64,000 nt of DNA from a virus (lineage: Duplodnaviria > Caudoviricetes). Positions 47,757 through 54,574 of the stretch are shown one piece after another. The stretch spans positions 3,041-67,040 of IMG/VR virus record IMGVR_UViG_3300049444_000051; one strand, given 5' to 3'. Position numbers and translations under genes: made by a program. Numbering within the stretch: position 1 is the first letter of the stretch; every line of letters starts with the position of its first letter. The notes under the pieces are model-generated. The model saw only the letters and a program-made list of their open reading frames with translations. It was not told the origin of the DNA and did no database searches.

Positions 47757-48515
47757 TCACTGCACATTTATCCTTTGCTGCTGCTTATAGCATAAATAGT
47801 ACTCCCGCCCTGGCAGCAGCTTGATATGCGTTGCCTTTTCATAACCTTTCAACTCAGTCGCGGCCTTGTAAACACCATCGATATGCACGTCGTCGAACAT
47901 GATATAATCTTCGTGAAGCTGTCTCTGCGAAATCAACTGTGCTTCCAGCCGGACTTGCTCATATTTATGTTTTCCGTCGATAAAAGCAAATGTGATATGA
48001 TCGAAATTCTCTGATAGCCAATGTACCCCGGTCGATTGGATGAACTCTATTTGCTCCGACTCAGGCCACGGCTTGAGGATCTCGGCAAGCGTTTTATAAC
48101 CATCCACCTCGGCAATCGTGTTCCTGCGCACGCGCGCTAAAGGATCGATAACATCAAGAGAAACAACTCGCCCGGTTACATTAGGACGGCTATCGAGCAA
48201 CGCCCACAACAGGCACATGGCAGAAAATCCCTTGGCCGTACCGATATCTAATAAAAGCACTTCACCTTGTGAACGCGCTAATATATTACGTACGGTGCTG
48301 TAAATCACTCTACCATGCTGCCAATTTGGAGGATTGACCTTAAGCGGACAGGCCAGGACACGCGCTGCATGTTCGAGGCGCTTACGATCCAGCGCGTACC
48401 CCAAAGCACGTTCAAAAGCAATAATAGATCCATAAATCTGCGTGCATTCCTTCTGGAATACAGCGTTGTATTCGTCGTACGAAGGCTGTTTATGAGCAGG
48501 AACTTTCACGTTCAT
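47757..48515 (-). CDS. Class I SAM-dependent methyltransferase (Methyltransf_24-like)
   Basis: LDIGTAKGFSA, VSLD, FAFIDGKHKYE, IMFDD; start overlaps the MuF stop. Confidence 0.82.
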   Translation of the reverse strand: MNVKVPAHKQPSYDEYNAVFQKECTQIYGSIIAFERALGYALDRKRLEHAARVLACPLKVNPPNWQHGRVIYSTVRNILARSQGEVLLLDIGTAKGFSAMCLLWALLDSRPNVTGRVVSLDVIDPLARVRRNTIAEVDGYKTLAEILKPWPESEQIEFIQSTGVHWLSENFDHITFAFIDGKHKYEQVRLEAQLISQRQLHEDYIMFDDVHIDGVYKAATELKGYEKATHIKLLPGREYYLCYKQQQRINVQ

Positions 48516-49453
48516 TCCACTGGGATTAATAGGCAACGACACCTGTTGTGGGCGGGGATAAGCCCGCGAGCACGGTCGATGTCGTAAGGCCCGTCCTCCG
48601 CGATATTCTCGCAAATCATGCACACTCTGTCGTCTTCAGCGGTTTGCACGTTGACCTCGCCAAGACGGTTCAGCTTCGCCTCACGCCGCTGGATCAGGTT
48701 ACGTTGCCGTGGAGAAGGGCGCTTCCCGCGCGGAATCACTTCAGCCTTGCGAGCGTCTCCTATATGAAAATGCCGCCGCTCACCGCTGGCATCGATACCG
48801 ACTTGCTTGACGCCTGCCGCCGAGAACGTATCCAACGTGGCCTCGGCATAGGCGCGCTTCACGCTCCAATCGACCAGCATGTTCGAGCGCGCTTCGCCAA
48901 CCTTCACGAGGCGCTCCTTGACGGCAGTATAGGCTTGCATAGACGGTTCACAGCGCATCGTAGCATCGGTAAAGGCCCGTACGGTCTGTTGCACCGTGGC
49001 GGCAGCGATCCCTTGCGTTTCCGAAATTGCCGCATCAGCCAGAATAGGCAGGCATTGATTTATCTGCGTTGGCGCGTGCTGTAGTGTCATGCATGCGCTA
49101 CCTACACCTCGATTATAAGCTGAACGCACATACTTAACCGGCCACTCTCCGGTAACAGCTTGCTTCACGGCGGTATCAATAAACGAACTAAATGCCGCCA
49201 CGCTGTTGATGGAATTCTTATCGACCACGGCCTCGCGCACGAGGCTATCGACCTTACGCCAACGGCGATTGAACTCTTCCCGAAAGGCATTGCGCACATC
49301 GATTGTATTCGTAGGATCGACCGGCAGGGCATCTCTTACCCGGCACTTATGCCGAAAACCACCGGAAGCGTGGTAAGCAATAACCTGCTTCTTAGTCCAG
49401 ATTCGACCGGACGGACTTTTGTATTTATCAGGCCCTAGTTTCGTGAATGGCAT
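48512..49453 (-). CDS. MuF-like minor head protein
   Basis: DDRVC..C..PAHNRCRC C-terminal signature. Confidence 0.85.
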   Translation of the reverse strand: MPFTKLGPDKYKSPSGRIWTKKQVIAYHASGGFRHKCRVRDALPVDPTNTIDVRNAFREEFNRRWRKVDSLVREAVVDKNSINSVAAFSSFIDTAVKQAVTGEWPVKYVRSAYNRGVGSACMTLQHAPTQINQCLPILADAAISETQGIAAATVQQTVRAFTDATMRCEPSMQAYTAVKERLVKVGEARSNMLVDWSVKRAYAEATLDTFSAAGVKQVGIDASGERRHFHIGDARKAEVIPRGKRPSPRQRNLIQRREAKLNRLGEVNVQTAEDDRVCMICENIAEDGPYDIDRARGLIPAHNRCRCLLIPVE

Positions 49454-49905
49454 TATTTGAACGCTATCTTAGTATGTGCTGCACAATAGGGTCCGCTGCC
49501 TTTACGGACCAACCCGCAAAAAAGGAAATACTCTTTAGGCGCTGGATCATTGACCGGCCACTTGCACTGCTTGAGTTTTAACTTAGTCAGACGTACCGGT
49601 CTTCGCGATGTAGGTTCTAGGCGTTGCGTAACATAAACACCATCGTTTTTTGGATTTAACGCCGTAGGATAAAACCTAGTTTTCTTACTACGCGACTGCT
49701 TTTTCTCTTGTATAGACCCTAAATTGATGCTGACCCCGCTGCGCGGTTTTGACATGCCAAGCCTATGCCAACGTCCTATCAAAGAATTACCGGAAAGCGC
49801 GGGGAAATATTTTGCAGCTATTTTTGTAAAAGACATACCCTCGTTCTTGCCCTTAATGAGCAGCTCATCGTCTTCCTTAGTGAAATCGTGGTGATGTCTA
49901 CCCAT
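49453..49905 (-). CDS. gcrA: GcrA-like regulator
   Basis: N-terminal HTH FTKEDDELL..G.S..IA..SGNSLIGRWHRLG; C-terminal L..L...CKWP..D..FCG..PYC..H. Confidence 0.85.
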   Translation of the reverse strand: MGRHHHDFTKEDDELLIKGKNEGMSFTKIAAKYFPALSGNSLIGRWHRLGMSKPRSGVSINLGSIQEKKQSRSKKTRFYPTALNPKNDGVYVTQRLEPTSRRPVRLTKLKLKQCKWPVNDPAPKEYFLFCGLVRKGSGPYCAAHTKIAFK

Positions 49906-49911
49906 GGTAAC

Positions 49912-50142
49912 TCACAATGTGGACCTACGTTTATCCAACACCCTCTGCGAAGGAGCGCCGGGGATTGGCAAGGGCTCCCACCATGTCAGCGGATCGCTAG
50001 GGACAGAATCGCTCTCGATAATGATCGGCCCGCCATGAGGCCGCCAATAACCGATGAAAACAGTGTGCTCGGTTCCCACCAGGACGCGCGTACCATCTTG
50101 GGGAAAGTCGGTTATTGCGTGACGATGTTCGTCTATCATCAA
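49912..50142 (-). CDS. Hypothetical protein
   Basis: ORF track. Confidence 0.6.
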   Translation of the reverse strand: MMIDEHRHAITDFPQDGTRVLVGTEHTVFIGYWRPHGGPIIIESDSVPSDPLTWWEPLPIPGAPSQRVLDKRRSTL

Positions 50143-50606
50143 GGCATCTCCACTGTAAAATAAACATCGGGTGTCGTAATCAAGTTAGGCATATTAAGAG
50201 CCCACCACAGCGGGTTACACACGAAGGCCGCCTCGGAATGATACACGGCCGGACCTGGGGCAATGTAATCCGGCAGAACAAATGGACGCCGTAAGGGATT
50301 CGATATCTGGCGTTTGCCAAGACCATAGACGTTTTCTGTCTTGGGCAACTCATGAACGCCGTTTACATCCGTGATCGTCCTGCTGACATGCAACGAATTA
50401 ACCGGGTTGCAGTCTTGCCTATAGAGAGCGATCTCCCACTCGACCAAGACATCAGCACCAGGGATAACCCTGCCGCCTTCCTGCGCTGGAAGAATGCGAC
50501 CAAACAGCCGATCATAAGGTCCCTTAGTATCGAAAACCCACCAGACAGCCTGCACGCTTATGATAAAAAAGCAAATCGTTGCTCCTATCAGTACGGTCCT
50601 ACTCAT
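50139..50606 (-). CDS. Membrane-anchored protein of the lysis cassette
   Basis: N-terminal TM helix plus periplasmic-type domain with two Cys. Confidence 0.6.
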   Translation of the reverse strand: MSRTVLIGATICFFIISVQAVWWVFDTKGPYDRLFGRILPAQEGGRVIPGADVLVEWEIALYRQDCNPVNSLHVSRTITDVNGVHELPKTENVYGLGKRQISNPLRRPFVLPDYIAPGPAVYHSEAAFVCNPLWWALNMPNLITTPDVYFTVEMP

Positions 50607-50920
50607 TTAGTTTTTCCCTTATTGTCGTACTCTCCGTTAATAGCATCTCGAACCCAGCCTCTTCCATGCCTAAGCTCCCTTATATCTTCTTGAACGGCAA
50701 CTATCTCGGTGCGCTGGACCGCGAGTTGCGTCAAAATGTCACCCAATCTTTGGTTGGATGTGGTTAACGCGGCCATCTGGATCTCAAGAGAGGACATTTT
50801 GGTATCAACCTTGACCTCCACGCTCTCAACCCTTCCTCTTATTATCATCACGAAGACAGTGGCGCTCACGGCATAGACTATAACTTGCCCAACCTGTAGC
50901 AGATACGCCACTTCACCCAC
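50603..50920 (-). CDS. TM + coiled-coil protein (holin/spanin-like)
   Basis: N-terminal hydrophobic helix followed by a coiled coil. Confidence 0.55.
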   Translation of the reverse strand: MGEVAYLLQVGQVIVYAVSATVFVMIIRGRVESVEVKVDTKMSSLEIQMAALTTSNQRLGDILTQLAVQRTEIVAVQEDIRELRHGRGWVRDAINGEYDNKGKTK

Positions 50921-50937
50921 AAGGACGCCTCCTCAAG

Positions 50938-51267
50938 CTATTTTCGTTCCAAAGCAGTGACCCTCTCGGAAAGTGCGCGAATCCTGTCATCTAAAATATT
51001 AATATTTTTTTCCAAATCTACGACGTGACGAGCCAGTGGAGTTTCCTGCCGATCAACCCGCGAAGCAAAATCACGTACATATGCTCGAATTTCCACTGTT
51101 TGTAACCTGTTCGCTTCAATAGCCATTTCCGCCGAATTAATCCTGGCCGCCTGCGTTGCCACCCAGAATACAGTGAAAATCATATTGACTATAATCGTAA
51201 CGGCAAATACAGGGTTATTCTTTACCTGCCCTACTAAACCATTACCATTTTTGTCTCCGTTGCTCAT
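50938..51267 (-). CDS. TM + coiled-coil protein (lysis accessory)
   Basis: VFAVTIIVNMIFTVFWVA plus a coiled coil. Confidence 0.55.
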   Translation of the reverse strand: MSNGDKNGNGLVGQVKNNPVFAVTIIVNMIFTVFWVATQAARINSAEMAIEANRLQTVEIRAYVRDFASRVDRQETPLARHVVDLEKNINILDDRIRALSERVTALERK

Positions 51268-51270
51268 CTG

Positions 51271-51310
51271 AATAAATCCGGCGCACTGAAGATAGTCTCC
51301 AGTGCGCCGG
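51271..51310 (-). terminator. Intrinsic terminator
   Basis: CCGGCGCACTG-N11-CAGTGCGCCGG followed by ATTTATT on the minus strand. Confidence 0.7.
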
Positions 51311-51315
51311 GTTGT

Positions 51316-51531
51316 CTAGACCGCTGGAGCCGCGACCGCAGCGTTGAGTTTCGCTGCATCGGAAGTCGAGAGGTCGAAGATCTGGTCGATCTTAGCCTGT
51401 ACTTCAGGAGTAACAGCCTTGCCGAGAGCATCGATGACCTGTTGCTTTAGCGTAGCTACCATAGCCACAACAGAATCAACACCAGCGGACTCTGCCTGCA
51501 CCGCAGCCAAGACTTCATCAATTGATGCCAT
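51316..51531 (-). CDS. Small Ala-rich helical protein
   Basis: ORF track; AGGAGGA RBS. Confidence 0.75.
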   Translation of the reverse strand: MASIDEVLAAVQAESAGVDSVVAMVATLKQQVIDALGKAVTPEVQAKIDQIFDLSTSDAAKLNAAVAAPAV

Positions 51532-51580
51532 CTATTTTCTCCTCCTACGCACCAGGGGACCGCCTGGATCGGTCTATTAG

Positions 51581-51829
51581 CTAACCTAGTACAGACTGCA
51601 ACTTAGCACTTGAAGCCTGTACAGTCGTATGTATCGCATCTAGCTTTTGCTGGTTCTGTACAGAAGTCAAGACGAGAACTTCCCGTAGCAGCTTATAGAA
51701 CACTTCCAGCTCGTCCCATCGTTTGGCTTTTACAAAACCAGCTACGATGAGCAGAAAGTTACTAAGATCCATGACCACTCCCCGTCTGAGAATCTCTAAA
51801 AATAACTCTTGTGTTGGAGATGTTGCCAA
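51581..51829 (-). CDS. Hypothetical protein
   Basis: ORF track. Confidence 0.6.
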   Translation of the reverse strand: MATSPTQELFLEILRRGVVMDLSNFLLIVAGFVKAKRWDELEVFYKLLREVLVLTSVQNQQKLDAIHTTVQASSAKLQSVLG

Positions 51830-51842
51830 CTGATGACACCGC

Positions 51843-52373
51843 TTACGGCTTGGCGTTGAGGATCGGGTTCACGCCAGCGGGCGCGACCTTGGGAACCTCC
51901 ACGGTATTTTTCTTCTCGCCCTCGCCACCAAGCAACAGCGGCACGGTCTTCACCGCATCTTCCCGCAATGCAACCAGCGTGTTATCGCCGGGGAAGCCAT
52001 CGACAACCAGTCCCTTCGCCTTCTGGTATTTAGCAACGGCGTCCTTCGTTTTAACCCCGATGTACCCATCCACGTCGAGGTTGGGAGAAGGAGACACTAC
52101 TTGATTAAGCAGCTTTTGAATTTTCGATACATAATCCGGTGCATAAGTTAAAACCCCTGCCGCAGTCTGCAACTCTGGACGAACAGCCGGGAAATCAGAT
52201 GCACCTCTGGCTTTGAGCCAATCAAGCAACGGTGGAAAATTAAAAGCATCCTTGAGATCTTCCCCAACGGCGTTAACCGAAAACCCGCGCGCCAGGATTC
52301 GCCCCAGCAGCGGCAGCATAGAACTGACCTTCCCGAAGTATGGCAGAAATTTCATGAATAGTGCGAAGTCCAT
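51843..52373 (-). CDS. Peptidoglycan-binding (PG_binding_1) protein without a recognisable catalytic domain
   Basis: IQKLLN..LDVDGYIGVKTKDAVAKYQKAKGLVVDGFPGDNT. Confidence 0.8.
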   Translation of the reverse strand: MDFALFMKFLPYFGKVSSMLPLLGRILARGFSVNAVGEDLKDAFNFPPLLDWLKARGASDFPAVRPELQTAAGVLTYAPDYVSKIQKLLNQVVSPSPNLDVDGYIGVKTKDAVAKYQKAKGLVVDGFPGDNTLVALREDAVKTVPLLLGGEGEKKNTVEVPKVAPAGVNPILNAKP

Positions 52374-52383
52374 GTTAGCTCCT

Positions 52384-53595
52384 TCAGGTTGTTGTGACGC
52401 CAACGAATTCCCAATCTACCTTGTCCTTGCCGGAAATACTTAACCTTCGAGCAGTTTCCGGCGAAAGATCTATCCCAGCATCATTCCTTGGTACCTTGCC
52501 TTTATTCGGACCAGATGGAAGTGGTGTTTTATTAGCGTAGCAAGTCTCTGCTACTGGCCTAGTGTTTTTAGATGGATAGTCATCATCAACATTCCAAGGG
52601 CCGATGTCTTCGATGGAAGCTTCTACCGTCTTCCCATTAGCGAACACCCTGACTTTCGGCCTATCGCCCTTGAGTCTATATGGTAAAGCTACATATAAAT
52701 CCGTGTCATTAAGTGGCTCCCCTGTGTAGGCACTATCATTCGGGTCTGCCGCACCGCCAAACACGGTCGCCGTGATATTCATCTGCCTGCCTTTTACCTC
52801 AGGGTGAGGCACCGAAACTGCCGGGGGAACCTCCTCCTTGAGCAAGGCTTTCCAGGTGTTGGGTCCTACGATCCCATCAACTGTCAAACCTTCAGACTTT
52901 TGGAAATCCTTGACCGCCTGCTCAGTGACCTTCCCAAATATGCCATCCACAAACAGCAGCAATTGAACGTATTCGACATCCTCGCCTTTAGAGCCTAGCT
53001 GTAAAACAGGAAGCTCGCGGCTTACAGGAGGAGGTTTTGGAATTGGCGGTAGCTCTGGAGGTTTCGGAATCAGCGATGGCTCTGGCGGCACAACGACCGG
53101 CGCATCTACTGTAAAAGTACCACCGCCACATGCCTCGAAGTGCATTGGATCTGTACGGCCCTTATAATCGCCTCCCCATCGAAACCCAACATGCTTAAAA
53201 GCATCTACCGCCAACTGCGGCATTGTGCCGTGCCCAGTGTTGAACCCATTGTGCTCGGCATCGATATCAATTGCTGCTCCAAAAGCGTGGTTAGACCATC
53301 GATTTGAACCGGCAATCTTGCGCGGATTATAAGCCCCGTCATACACGGACAACCTGAGTGCATCGACCTTCTTCTGATCGTGACCGCACTTGTCCCAGAT
53401 TTCCTGAAGAGCAACCTGCAAAGCTGGCGCTGCCTTCTTATGAAATTTAATTGAGCTTATTGGCTTGCCTCCATAGTACATTTGAAATGGAGGTATGACC
53501 TTGACCAGTTGTGCTTCCAATTCTGCCGATCCAGGCATCCCATAAAAATCTATGAGAACCTTCTCAATATCTCTGGGCCACGTAACCGTTACCAT
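52384..53595 (-). CDS. Endolysin: M15 peptidase + PG_binding_1 + RlpA-like DPBB domain
   Basis: SNHAFGAAIDI..DPMHFE; VDGIFGKVTEQAVKDFQ..VDGIVGPNTW; DIGPW..GIDLS. Confidence 0.88.
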   Translation of the reverse strand: MVTVTWPRDIEKVLIDFYGMPGSAELEAQLVKVIPPFQMYYGGKPISSIKFHKKAAPALQVALQEIWDKCGHDQKKVDALRLSVYDGAYNPRKIAGSNRWSNHAFGAAIDIDAEHNGFNTGHGTMPQLAVDAFKHVGFRWGGDYKGRTDPMHFEACGGGTFTVDAPVVVPPEPSLIPKPPELPPIPKPPPVSRELPVLQLGSKGEDVEYVQLLLFVDGIFGKVTEQAVKDFQKSEGLTVDGIVGPNTWKALLKEEVPPAVSVPHPEVKGRQMNITATVFGGAADPNDSAYTGEPLNDTDLYVALPYRLKGDRPKVRVFANGKTVEASIEDIGPWNVDDDYPSKNTRPVAETCYANKTPLPSGPNKGKVPRNDAGIDLSPETARRLSISGKDKVDWEFVGVTTT

Positions 53596-53723
53596 TACCC
53601 TAACGCTTCCTTATCCCCAATGTGCAGCAGCACAACGCTTGCAAACCATCAACGGCCCCCAAACCGTAATGCCCTTACACCTATGATAACGGCCGTGAAA
53701 AAGTTTGCACCACAGTTCACGCA

Positions 53724-53930
53724 TCATGTTTTCACCTTGCGCCCAGCTAAAATAATAAACACCAAAAACAAAGGCCAAAGAGTCACAACACCAGTAAGCG
53801 TGATAAACGCAGCTACGATAGTAGCTACTTTGGATTTCCTAAAAGAATCGCGCACCGGTTCCCAAAGCTGTTTGGGCGATGCCAGCAGCAAAATCAGCGT
53901 AATAAGTTCGCCAATTATAAAATATATCAT
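53724..53930 (-). CDS. Two-TM small protein, holin candidate
   Basis: Two hydrophobic helices, basic C-terminus, just upstream of the endolysin. Confidence 0.5.
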   Translation of the reverse strand: MIYFIIGELITLILLLASPKQLWEPVRDSFRKSKVATIVAAFITLTGVVTLWPLFLVFIILAGRKVKT

Positions 53931-54574
53931 GAAAGTATTTTGCCTTTAGCATCGAAGCGCATGGCTTCAAGCATCTTGCGCGCCTCTTCGCCCAGCTTCT
54001 CACCGATGCTCTTCTCGATAAAATCAAATCCAGCAGGTGTCAATGCATATTCCGTAGCTGAATCTTCACTTAGAGTAGCAGCCAACTTGTGCGCACGAAC
54101 TATCGCCGCAAACTTTTCATGCATAAGATTTTCAAAATCTGCTTGCGAAAGGGTCTTAACCGCTCCCAGAAGCCCAAGCGCTCCTGCACCCGAGATCAAC
54201 CCATATCCAACCAATGCTGCCCCGATACCGACTAGCGCCACTTTTCCAGCGAACTTCAACGTGTCAGGATCAGTCAGCTTCTTCTTGAAATACGCGCCCC
54301 AAGTCTCCTTTGAAGCACTGGCAGATGGCTCTGCCGACCCAAGAGTGCCTTCCTGCTTATTATGAAAAGCCAAACCGCCGCCACCAAACTTTATACCAGA
54401 TGGACTAATAGAGAAAGAAGACACACCACCTCCGGAAGTCCATTGCCCTTGCGGATCGCGCGGCTCATTAGGGTCGTAATCTTTCATTGGAACCATCGCG
54501 CGCAATACCTCTGGCAACGCTGCCCCAAACATTTGTTGCACCTCGCCTGGAGCCAGGATTATTGCATCTCTCAT
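53927..54574 (-). CDS. Putative capsid-internal/ejection protein with tag motif and hydrophobic hairpin
   Basis: KDYDPNEPRDPQGQWTSGGG; GKVALVGIGAALVGYGLISGAGALGLLG; coupled to the portal stop. Confidence 0.6.
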   Translation of the reverse strand: MRDAIILAPGEVQQMFGAALPEVLRAMVPMKDYDPNEPRDPQGQWTSGGGVSSFSISPSGIKFGGGGLAFHNKQEGTLGSAEPSASASKETWGAYFKKKLTDPDTLKFAGKVALVGIGAALVGYGLISGAGALGLLGAVKTLSQADFENLMHEKFAAIVRAHKLAATLSEDSATEYALTPAGFDFIEKSIGEKLGEEARKMLEAMRFDAKGKILS

